Positions 54,574 to 62,548 of a stretch of 64,000 nucleotides of DNA are shown piece by piece. Within the stretch, counting starts at the first letter, position 1. Each line of letters begins with the position of its first letter. The position numbers and the translations under genes were made by a program. A model generated the notes under the pieces. It ran no database searches. It was not told the origin of the DNA and saw only the letters and a program-made list of their open reading frames with translations. The DNA lies in NCBI GenBank assembly GCA_027623195.1, contig JAQBUT010000004.1:81609-145608 (forward strand), in the 5' to 3' direction. Source of the stretch: Chloroflexota bacterium (GTDB lineage Bacteria > Chloroflexota > Dehalococcoidia > Lucifugimonadales > JADFKI01).

Positions 54574-54679
54574 CGTTCCACCCCTAAATCTTTGGATATA
54601 GGCGTCCGCCGTAGCGGACGCCTTATGTTCGTTATTTCCGACTCACCGCCGAAGCGAAGAGTTTGTGGACCGATTGGGT

Positions 54680-55822
54680 TTAGCGACCGTTGACCTTGAC
54701 GAACTTCGGCTGTTCGAAATGGCCGTTGACTATGGAAGGAGCATCAAGCTCCATCCAGTCCTCCAGTATGGTGGAGTAAACGCCGCGGTAGTCCAAATTA
54801 GGAACCAAGTCACCCTGTTGCAGGGCCTCTGCGCGCGTCTCAGGGTACTCGCTATAGTAGCCACCCTGCACCCTGGGACCAAGGGCGAATGCAACACCGG
54901 CTGCGCCATGGTCCGTTCCGGAGCCGTTGTCGCGGACTCTACGACCGAACTCAGAGAACATGAACATCACCACGTTCTCATCGGCATTGTGCTCGCGGAG
55001 GTCGTCCCAGAAGTCTGCAACAGCCTCTGAAACCTCAGACCACAACTGCGCGTGGATTGCTCCCTGCGCTGCGTGGGTGTCGAAGCTGCCGTGGCTGGTG
55101 TAGAACACTCGCGTGCCTACTTCAGCGGTGTGAATCATTGCGATGTCCCTTAGCTTTTGGGCTATGGGGCTGCTTCCGTATTCGACACTTGACTCGTACT
55201 GCTGTGGGGCCACCTTCAGAATGTCGGCGCCCCTAAGAGCATCCAGGCCTGTCTGGCCCAGGTACTCCATGACCTGTCCGGAGCCAATCGCCGGGCCGTA
55301 CATTTTGGCGAAACGATCAAGCACCTGCAGCCTCTGCTGCTCTTGCTCAATGTTGGTGAGCAGGCCGTAAGTAGAGACATCAGCCACGGACGCCACTGAG
55401 ACGCCGGGGGCCACAAGCGCTCGTGGAAGCGCCTGGTCAACGTTAACGCCCGTTACTGGGTTTTCGGCGTTGGGGTCAATATGCTTCAAAGCGCGGCCCA
55501 GCCAGCCCTCGGTGCCGACCTTATCCGGCTCGCATGTGTGCCAGATGTCCATCGAGCGGAAGTGGGACCTGGGCGAGTTCTCATAGCCGATGCCATGAAT
55601 TATCGCCATGTCGCCGCTCTCGAAAATGTCCTTCATGGGACCCATCGCCGGGTGCATACCCATCTTGCTGTCGAGCTTTATGATTCGCTCTTCGGGTATC
55701 TGCAGCGACTTGCGATTGGTGTAGTAATTACCGTCGGTGTACGGAATAATCGTGTTGAAGTAGTCGTTTCCGCCAGTAAGCTGCAGTACAACCAGTACTG
55801 GTGGTTTTGTCGTAGTTGTCAT
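54680..55822 (-). CDS. DUF1501 domain protein (alkaline phosphatase/sulfatase superfamily-like)
   Basis: It has the N-terminal VLVVLQLTGGNDYFN pattern and a C-terminal GTDHG motif. There is no Tat or Sec signal. Confidence 0.7.
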   Translation of the reverse strand: MTTTTKPPVLVVLQLTGGNDYFNTIIPYTDGNYYTNRKSLQIPEERIIKLDSKMGMHPAMGPMKDIFESGDMAIIHGIGYENSPRSHFRSMDIWHTCEPDKVGTEGWLGRALKHIDPNAENPVTGVNVDQALPRALVAPGVSVASVADVSTYGLLTNIEQEQQRLQVLDRFAKMYGPAIGSGQVMEYLGQTGLDALRGADILKVAPQQYESSVEYGSSPIAQKLRDIAMIHTAEVGTRVFYTSHGSFDTHAAQGAIHAQLWSEVSEAVADFWDDLREHNADENVVMFMFSEFGRRVRDNGSGTDHGAAGVAFALGPRVQGGYYSEYPETRAEALQQGDLVPNLDYRGVYSTILEDWMELDAPSIVNGHFEQPKFVKVNGR

Positions 55823-55883
55823 TCGTTCCTCCTTACTTTCCTGCTTGGAACTATCAAAGTTCCAATTTAATTATCAGGTCTGC

Positions 55884-57290
55884 TTAGCCGAACTGGTACT
55901 CCCTGGTCGCGCCGATGAGAGCTAGCATTTCTCCGGTGCGGCGAGCGGATGATTCCGGATCGGCTTGCCAGTTAATATCGCCTTCGCTTTCGGCCTGAGA
56001 AAGAAGCTGTTCGCGAGTGTTGTCGGTTACAGGGAGAGGGCCCATCTGGTTCAGGCACTGCTCCACGAATTCGGTCGGTGACATTACCGGGCCGTTGGCT
56101 CCAGAGACGAGTTCTACGATTCGCTTTACGCCAGGAAGGTCGGTGTTGCTGATCCTGTCAGCCACAAAGTTCACGCGCTTCACAAGGGAACCGCTGTTGA
56201 TCCACTCATGGCCCGTATGCCAACCTTCGACGCTTGGAGGATCAAGTATTTCCTGACCCATATAGCCTGACTCGCGCGCCATCGATTCCAACCGAGGATC
56301 AGGACCGGTCAAGTCACCAGTCATGCGAAGCGTGCCAACCACAACCTCGACGGGGTTTCTGACCTTCTTATACTGAGCCTCTTTGAAGAAGTCGGAGTTG
56401 AACAGCACACGGAGCACCGGAAGGATCTCGTAATTGTTGTCCACCAGCGTTTTCGCAAGAAGCTCTACCGCAGCAGGATTCCTGGGAGGATCGATGTTCC
56501 ACGCTGGAACCTGCTCCTCGTCTTCCACGAAGAAGTTGTAAAGGTGCCGAGCAATGAACTTGGAGCAGGCAGGCTGCTTCAAGATGATGTCGATGATGTC
56601 CTCGCCATTGAAATTGCCGACATTACCGAGGAATGTCTTCTCAGAGTCGTCGTGGTCTTCCGGACGATACTCGAAACTCCAGGCGTGACGGCCATATGGA
56701 TAACGAGGTATCTTCGCGCCAATAGTCCAGCCGGTGAAGGCCCTGGAGCACTCAAAAACGTCCTTCTCGGTGTAGTTGCCTACGCCAAGCGTGAACAGCT
56801 CGAGAAGCTCTCGGCCCCAGTTTTCGTTGGGGGCGGCCTTGTGGTTCTCGTTATTGTCCAGCCAGTAAATCATCGCGGGGTCGCTGGCAAGCTTTACCAA
56901 AAGGGTTCGATAATTGCCCATGCCCTCATCGCGGAACATCTGGATCTGGTCAAGAAGATGGTTGCAGTTGTCAACCTTAGAGTTGCCAGTGGCGAACACA
57001 TGGTGCCAGAACAGGGCGACCTTCTCCTGCAACGGGCGCTTGGTGTTTACCATCCAGTACAGCCAGTTGGCCTGCCCTGGAACCGCGGCCCCTCCTGGTA
57101 TCTCTGTGATCGGGTGATATCGATAAAGAGTATAGTCGTCGACGGGTTCCTGGCTCTCGTAGTCGAGTAGCGTCTCGACGGTAGCCTCGTAGCCGTCTTC
57201 AGCCATTGCCTCGACCTCATCCCGTGTGGCGCCAAATCCCGCGCGCCTCATCAGATGGGAAAACAGAGCTATGTCTTCTTTAGTGGCCAT
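55884..57290 (-). CDS. DUF1800 domain protein
   Basis: The LMRRAGFGAT N-terminal pattern is characteristic of DUF1800, and the gene is paired with DUF1501. There is no signal peptide. Confidence 0.7.
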   Translation of the reverse strand: MATKEDIALFSHLMRRAGFGATRDEVEAMAEDGYEATVETLLDYESQEPVDDYTLYRYHPITEIPGGAAVPGQANWLYWMVNTKRPLQEKVALFWHHVFATGNSKVDNCNHLLDQIQMFRDEGMGNYRTLLVKLASDPAMIYWLDNNENHKAAPNENWGRELLELFTLGVGNYTEKDVFECSRAFTGWTIGAKIPRYPYGRHAWSFEYRPEDHDDSEKTFLGNVGNFNGEDIIDIILKQPACSKFIARHLYNFFVEDEEQVPAWNIDPPRNPAAVELLAKTLVDNNYEILPVLRVLFNSDFFKEAQYKKVRNPVEVVVGTLRMTGDLTGPDPRLESMARESGYMGQEILDPPSVEGWHTGHEWINSGSLVKRVNFVADRISNTDLPGVKRIVELVSGANGPVMSPTEFVEQCLNQMGPLPVTDNTREQLLSQAESEGDINWQADPESSARRTGEMLALIGATREYQFG

Positions 57291-57376
57291 GCATGTCCTC
57301 CTTACAATTATTTGCTTGACTGTAATAAGTTACTGCCATTGCATTCATAGCAACCACAACATACGTCAGGTACACG

Positions 57377-57865
57377 TCACCCCCTTTCTCCCTTTTCGCT
57401 ATCTGTCAAAGAAGAGACTAGAGGTTCGCCCTGACAATCCGGGCACACGCCGTAAAAGTCCACTCGGCGGCGCAGTATACGGTATCCCGTGGAGTCGGAA
57501 ATTTCCTCGAAAGGATCTTTTAACTCCGCGATATCCAGATCTTCAACCTTCTCGCATACCTCGCAGACGAGGTGCGGGTGAGATCTAGGAATACGTCCGT
57601 CATAACGATTCGAAGCGCCGCTAAATTCGATCTCCAGTACTTGACCAGTATCTTTTAGCAGCTCAATGGTGTTGTAAATCGTCGCGAGGCTAGTGCCGGG
57701 GTAGTAACGCTTCACGCCCTCGTGAATTTCGCTGACTGAAGGGTGGCGATCACTGGCTAGGAGTACCTCCAGAAGCTGCTCTCGGCGGGGCGTTATGGTG
57801 ACGCCTCGATCACTCAAGGCTGCCTTCATTTCGCCAAGCCTAATCTGTAGGCCTTCGCTTAGCAT
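57377..57865 (-). CDS. Fur-family metalloregulator (Fur/Zur/PerR class not resolved)
   Basis: A winged-helix N-terminal domain is followed by HPHLVCEVCEKV and a C-terminal CPDC, which together form a structural Zn site. Confidence 0.8.
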   Translation of the reverse strand: MLSEGLQIRLGEMKAALSDRGVTITPRREQLLEVLLASDRHPSVSEIHEGVKRYYPGTSLATIYNTIELLKDTGQVLEIEFSGASNRYDGRIPRSHPHLVCEVCEKVEDLDIAELKDPFEEISDSTGYRILRRRVDFYGVCPDCQGEPLVSSLTDSEKGERG

Positions 57866-57919
57866 AGGTATTTCACCATGGTGTTCGCCCTATATTCGCT
57901 AATGTGAAAAATTACACCA

Positions 57920-57936
57920 ATTAGAATCATTCTAAT
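57920..57936. promoter_or_regulatory. perfect 8-1-8 palindrome, candidate Fur-family operator
   Basis: ATTAGAAT-C-ATTCTAAT lies 55 nt upstream of the Fur-family start and overlaps the putative -35. It has the 7-1-7 AT-rich architecture of Fur/Zur/PerR boxes. Confidence 0.55.
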
Positions 57937-58174
57937 AGCCCGTTTGCGGTAAGATAATAGAACCCACAAAAAATGTCAAGTGCGACTTTTTTTATGTATT
58001 GCTTAATTGTAACAAACCCTGTTTAGACTGGAAATTGACGATTCGCGGACCCGGTCAAGCGGCCACCTGATGTTGCAACGTAAACGGTCCGTAATTGAAC
58101 TTTTGTCTGACTTAACGACTGCCCGGTGGCCATGGTAATTGACCCAACGCGCCCAAACAATGCCAGTATCGGCG

Positions 58175-58204
58175 TTGACCGCATCACACAGGCGTCCATA
58201 TAAT
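58175..58204 (+). promoter_or_regulatory. candidate promoter of the manC-like gene
   Basis: TTGACC (58175-58180), an 18-nt spacer and TATAAT (58199-58204). Confidence 0.45.
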
Positions 58205-58292
58205 CAAGCAATAGTCTATTGCGGGCCAGATGGACCGCCCTCTGGCTAAGCTTAGGCAACGACAACGAAGCGCCGCCCGCGGGGAGATACAT

Positions 58293-59762
58293 ATGTCCAT
58301 ACAGCCGGTCATACTGGCCGGAGGCTCCGGCACCAGGCTTTGGCCTTTGTCGCGAGAACTCTACCCCAAACAGTTCCTCCCTTTAATGGGGGAACGCTCT
58401 CTGCTTCAGGAGACTGTCAGCCGACTTGAAGGCCTGACGGACGTAGCTGCGCCTATCGTTGTCTGCAACGAGGAGCACCGCTTTCTGGTTGCAGAGCAGA
58501 TGCGCCAGATGGACATACAACCAAAAGCTATTGCTCTCGAACCGGAAGGACGAAACACTGCACCGGCTCTCACCTTAGCAGCCCTTATCCTATGCAATGC
58601 GTTAGGCCCTGACTCCCAGCCCAGCGGAGACGACGACGTAATGCTGGTGATGCCGGCCGACCATGTGATAAATGACGTTCCAGCCTTCCAGGCGGCCCTA
58701 CAAAACGGGGCCAAGCTGGCAAAGAATGGAAGCCTTGTAACCTTCGGCATAGTCCCTACATCACCGGAGACAGGCTACGGTTACATTCACAAGGGGGTAT
58801 CCGAAGAATCGGCGTTCCATGTGGCCGAATTCGTTGAAAAACCAGACGTGGACTCGGCAAAAAATATGCTGGCAAGCAAAGACTACCTCTGGAACAGCGG
58901 GCTTTTCATGATGCAGCCCTCTGTTTGGTTACGTGAGCTAGGCCGCCACAGGCCAGATATCGCCGAGGCGTGCGAGGCGGCACATGCAGCCAGCCACCTG
59001 GACGGCGATTTCTACCGGCCCGACAGGGAACTCTTCGCGGCGTGCCCATCCGAATCGATAGACTATGCGGTAATGGAGCGAGTCGGCGCATCGGGCAGCG
59101 AAGGCACGTCTACGTGCCTGGTCGTTCCGCTGGAAGTAGGATGGTCCGACCTGGGCGCATGGTCCACACTTTGGGAGCAGGGCGCCAAGGATGCTAACGG
59201 CAACCTGATCCAGGGCGACGTGTACGCCCACCCTTCTATGAAGGATTCTCTGCTTATTAGCCAGAATCGGATGGTCGCTGCGGTTGGCCTCAAGGACGTC
59301 ATCGTAGTAGAAACGGCAGACGCGGTCCTCGTTGCCCACAAGAACAGCGTTCAAGATGTTAAGGACCTGGTTGCCCGCCTTAAAGGTGAGAAGCGCCCGG
59401 AGCAGCATAACCACCGTAAGGTGCACCGGCCCTGGGGCAGCTACGAGACTGTGGACGTCGGAGGCAGATTCCAGGTGAAACGGCTTTCGGTGAATCCAGG
59501 TGCGGCGCTTTCCCTGCAGATGCACCACCACAGGGCAGAGCACTGGGTCGTCGTCACAGGAACAGCCAAAGTCACCAGGGGCGACGAGGAGTTCCTCCTC
59601 ACGGAAAATCAGTCCACTTACGTTCCTGTAGGGGTGCAGCACCGACTAGAAAACCCAGGGACCATCACCACGGAGATAATCGAAGTGCAGACCGGCGGCT
59701 ACCTGGAGGAAGACGATATAGTCCGGCTCGAGGACCGATACAACCGGCATCACGAGGACTAA
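58293..59762 (+). CDS. manC: mannose-1-phosphate guanylyltransferase / mannose-6-phosphate isomerase (bifunctional type II PMI-GMP)
   Basis: It has the N-terminal ILAGGSGTRLWPLSR motif and a C-terminal cupin domain (HHHRAEHWVVV). The start at 58293 has a GGGAGA RBS. Confidence 0.85.
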   Translation: MSIQPVILAGGSGTRLWPLSRELYPKQFLPLMGERSLLQETVSRLEGLTDVAAPIVVCNEEHRFLVAEQMRQMDIQPKAIALEPEGRNTAPALTLAALILCNALGPDSQPSGDDDVMLVMPADHVINDVPAFQAALQNGAKLAKNGSLVTFGIVPTSPETGYGYIHKGVSEESAFHVAEFVEKPDVDSAKNMLASKDYLWNSGLFMMQPSVWLRELGRHRPDIAEACEAAHAASHLDGDFYRPDRELFAACPSESIDYAVMERVGASGSEGTSTCLVVPLEVGWSDLGAWSTLWEQGAKDANGNLIQGDVYAHPSMKDSLLISQNRMVAAVGLKDVIVVETADAVLVAHKNSVQDVKDLVARLKGEKRPEQHNHRKVHRPWGSYETVDVGGRFQVKRLSVNPGAALSLQMHHHRAEHWVVVTGTAKVTRGDEEFLLTENQSTYVPVGVQHRLENPGTITTEIIEVQTGGYLEEDDIVRLEDRYNRHHED

Positions 59763-59922
59763 TGCCCTCTGTAGCACAACGGCCTCCCCTGCCCAGCCTA
59801 GGCCACATAACTTGCCTCGCCAATAACTGCTGCAATACCCATTTACAGGATGTACAATAATTTGGAACCTCTGCCGTTAACGTTGGCGTTAACCAAGTAA
59901 TCACGACTTCTAGGTGTTGTTA

Positions 59923-61125
59923 ATGACTCAAACCGACCTCCCCCCGTCAGAAGTGCCTATGCTGCCGGCCCGTACCCTCCTGGGGCCTGGACCAAGCAAC
60001 GTAGACCCACGGGTGCTGCAAGCCATGACCCAGGGCATGATCGGCTACCTGGACCCCGAATTCACGAAGATCATGGACGAAGTCACGGACCTGATTCGTC
60101 GTGTTTACAAGACCGCCGATGGCCGCACGATGGCCCTGTCGGGAACGGGGATGTCGGGAATGGAAGCCGGGTTGGCCAGCCTGCTCGAGCCCGGCGATAC
60201 GGTGGTCATGTGCCTCTACGGATACTTCTGCGAGCGCATGGTGGAGATAGGCACGAGAGTACGGGCCAACGTAATACCATTAAGGTCTGATTGGGGAGGT
60301 CCTTTCCCTGAGGAGATGCTAGAGCAGGAGCTTAAGAAGCATAAGAATGTGAAAGTCGTCGCCACGGTACATGCTGAGACCTCTACAGGGGTGCTACAGC
60401 CTCTAGAGGGACTGTCCAAGCTGGCAAAGGCCCATGATGCACTGTTCATGGTGGACGCCGTGACCTCACTAGGCGGCGTAAATGTGGCCTTTGACGACTG
60501 GGGTATGGATTACGCTTATTCGGCCACTCAGAAGTGCCTGGGATGTCCTCCTGGCCTGTCCCCCGTCTCGCTTAGCGAACGAGCCTTGCACACCGCCCAG
60601 AACCGAATTGAGAAGCCATTCACCTGGTATCTGGATCTTGGAATGCTGGCTAATTACTGGGGATGGGGAGAGCAGCGTGTTTACCATCACACGGCGCCAG
60701 TGAGCATGATACTCGCGCTAAGGGAGGGCCTAAGGCTAGTCTTAGAGGAGGGCCTGGATAACAGGTTCCAGCGCCATGCAACGAATGCAGCAGCCCTGGT
60801 GGCTGGCCTGGAAGCGTTAGGTCTGAAGCTGGTTGTGCCGGCAGGGCATCGCCTCAACCAGATAACACTGGTGTGGATACCAGAAGGCATAAACGACATG
60901 GACGTCAGAGGTCGGCTTCTAAAGGGTCACGGCATTGAGATAGGCGCTGGTCTAGGCGATTTCGCTGGTAAGGTGTGGCGTATAGGACTTATGGGCGAGT
61001 CCAGCAAGGCGGAAAACGTGATCACGCTGCTATCTGCGCTGGAGAAGATACTTCCCGAAGTCGGTTTCGAGGTTGGCAAGGGCGCCGGCGTAAAGGCTGC
61101 CGAGGACTCCCTGGCCTCCAGTTAG
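59923..61125 (+). CDS. class V PLP-dependent aminotransferase (alanine/serine--glyoxylate aminotransferase-like)
   Basis: It shows the LLGPGPSNV N-terminal pattern and the SATQKCLG PLP-lysine context. Confidence 0.8.
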   Translation: MTQTDLPPSEVPMLPARTLLGPGPSNVDPRVLQAMTQGMIGYLDPEFTKIMDEVTDLIRRVYKTADGRTMALSGTGMSGMEAGLASLLEPGDTVVMCLYGYFCERMVEIGTRVRANVIPLRSDWGGPFPEEMLEQELKKHKNVKVVATVHAETSTGVLQPLEGLSKLAKAHDALFMVDAVTSLGGVNVAFDDWGMDYAYSATQKCLGCPPGLSPVSLSERALHTAQNRIEKPFTWYLDLGMLANYWGWGEQRVYHHTAPVSMILALREGLRLVLEEGLDNRFQRHATNAAALVAGLEALGLKLVVPAGHRLNQITLVWIPEGINDMDVRGRLLKGHGIEIGAGLGDFAGKVWRIGLMGESSKAENVITLLSALEKILPEVGFEVGKGAGVKAAEDSLASS

Positions 61126-61189
61126 CCTGCTTTAGTGAAGGCCAGGGAGCTCCTTGAACCTAGAGTAACGCTCCCCATGGGGGGAGGCG

Positions 61190-61411
61190 TTACGCCACTT
61201 CTCCCATTTCGAACCCGCCGCCCGCCATCATTGCGGCCATTCGCCCCGGGGATATTACGTCCTTCGTGTGTCCACACTGAAGGCAGGTATTGAACTCGCT
61301 ATATATGTCCCTACCCTGGTGCATATCTCCTCCACACCGTGTGCAGCACTTGAATTGCAAAAGCCTACCCGACTGATTAACCAGTGCAGACCGATTGGCA
61401 CGCGTTTCCAT
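61190..61411 (-). CDS. small zinc-ribbon protein, hypothetical
   Basis: The 73-aa product has CxxC pairs (CTRCGG ... CLQCGH). A strong GGGAGGAG RBS sits 7 nt before the ATG at 61411. Confidence 0.5.
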   Translation of the reverse strand: METRANRSALVNQSGRLLQFKCCTRCGGDMHQGRDIYSEFNTCLQCGHTKDVISPGRMAAMMAGGGFEMGEVA

Positions 61412-61574
61412 AATCCAGCTCCTCCCAATTGCCTCTTCGTTATTTTTGTATTGCCTGGGTAAAGTTGGCATAATTTAGAACATTCGTACGGTCCAGTCAA
61501 TATACCGTGAAGGTCAATATTTAACGAATCCAAACGAATGTGCTAAATCGGAACACCGGCATGTGGCGGCCAAA

Positions 61575-61612
61575 TAAAAAAGGGCAGAGCCTATTGGCCC
61601 CGCCCTTTGACT
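61575..61612 (-). terminator. rho-independent terminator of the HU gene
   Basis: An imperfect GC-rich hairpin is followed by a T6 run on the minus strand. Confidence 0.6.
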
Positions 61613-61634
61613 TTGCGTTCTATTTTTAAGAGAT

Positions 61635-61925
61635 CTAGTTAGCGGCCTTGCTTAGCTCCGCCCCTGCTGTGAATCCCACACGCTTGTGCGCTGGGACTGT
61701 TATCAAATTGCCAGCCTGACCGCCCCTAATGGGACGTACCTTCCTGGCCTTCACCTGACGTACCTCGAAGGATCCAAATCCAGTTAGAACTACTCTGTCA
61801 CCAGACGACAAGGCATCCTGGATGCTGTCCAGTACGGCGTTTAAAGACGCCTCGCCCTGTGCCTTCGAACCCTTCATCTTCGACGCGACACGTCCTGCCA
61901 TGTCACTCTTTCGTAGGGTTGCCAT
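61635..61925 (-). CDS. HU family DNA-binding protein
   Basis: The 96-aa product has the pattern GDRVVLTGFGSFEVR...RNP-like arm typical of HU/IHF. Confidence 0.85.
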   Translation of the reverse strand: MATLRKSDMAGRVASKMKGSKAQGEASLNAVLDSIQDALSSGDRVVLTGFGSFEVRQVKARKVRPIRGGQAGNLITVPAHKRVGFTAGAELSKAAN

Positions 61926-61992
61926 AAGTATGTACCTCCTTGAGCCTTATGAAATGCTTACTCTCGACGCCACCCCCTGAATCTCGATTGCG

Positions 61993-62021
61993 ATAATATT
62001 TACAAAATATTGGCCTGTCAA
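61993..62021 (-). promoter_or_regulatory. sigma70-type promoter of the HU gene
   Basis: On the minus strand: TTGACA (62021-62016), a 17-nt spacer and TATTAT (61998-61993). Confidence 0.5.
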
Positions 62022-62164
62022 TAACTACACTCACGAATGCAATAAAACTTGGCTGTAGGAACATGAAATGCCCGCAATAAAAACCTTTTTACCTTCCGAA
62101 AAGTCCGGCAAACGAGCTTCGAAATCTTAGCCAATAATAAGGCGACGATAACGGAACCGAGGGA

Positions 62165-62173
62165 TGGTATAAT
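62165..62173 (+). promoter_or_regulatory. extended -10 promoter element of ssrA
   Basis: TGGTATAAT (TGnTATAAT) ends 11 nt before the mature tmRNA 5' end. Confidence 0.5.
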
Positions 62174-62184
62174 GTGTAGTAAGT

Positions 62185-62548
62185 GGGGACGCGTGGTTTC
62201 GACAGGGGATTAACTTCGAAGGATTGCAGGTCGAGGCGCCATCATCACCTCGTAAAAAGGTGGCAAAAAAATTAATTGGCAACTCACAAGAGTACGCCCT
62301 AGCCGCCTAATTTAGGTGACTACATCCATGGTTTCTTCTCCTCGAGGGAGGCTAATGGGTGATATAACATCGAGGTGCTGCCCGATTTACGCCGATATTG
62401 AGGGCCTAAGACTTATCGGCTGTGGGTTTGCAGTCGCTCCCCGCTGGAAGGTGCTGCCGACTCAAGATTAAAAATTCCGGCTAAGCCTGTAGTATATCCT
62501 CGTAGTCGTTTTCTGGACGGGGAGTTCGACCCTCCCCCGTCTCCACCA
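62185..62548 (+). ncRNA. ssrA: transfer-messenger RNA (tmRNA), tag reading frame GNSQEYALAA
   Basis: The 5' end is GGGGACGCGTGGTTTCGACAGGGG. The tag ORF is GGC AAC TCA CAA GAG TAC GCC CTA GCC GCC TAA. The 3' end has a T-arm (GGGGAGTTCGACCCTCCCC) and acceptor (CGTCTCCACCA) with the G-U pair at acceptor position 3. Confidence 0.92.

Noticed and set aside
56544-57170. A 208-aa plus-strand ORF inside the DUF1800 gene. The same applies to the 234-aa minus-strand ORF at 58938-59642 inside manC, and to the ORFs at 38507-39061 and 48981-49526.
   Set aside because: All are antisense shadow ORFs of confidently recognised genes, which is typical of moderately GC-rich DNA.
61995-62011. The palindrome AATATTT-ACA-AAATATT between the HU and ssrA genes, considered as an operator.
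   Set aside because: It lies exactly in the 17-nt spacer of a consensus TTGACA/TATTAT promoter for the HU gene. AT-rich symmetry there is not surprising, and it has no similarity to the Fur-type palindrome at 57920.
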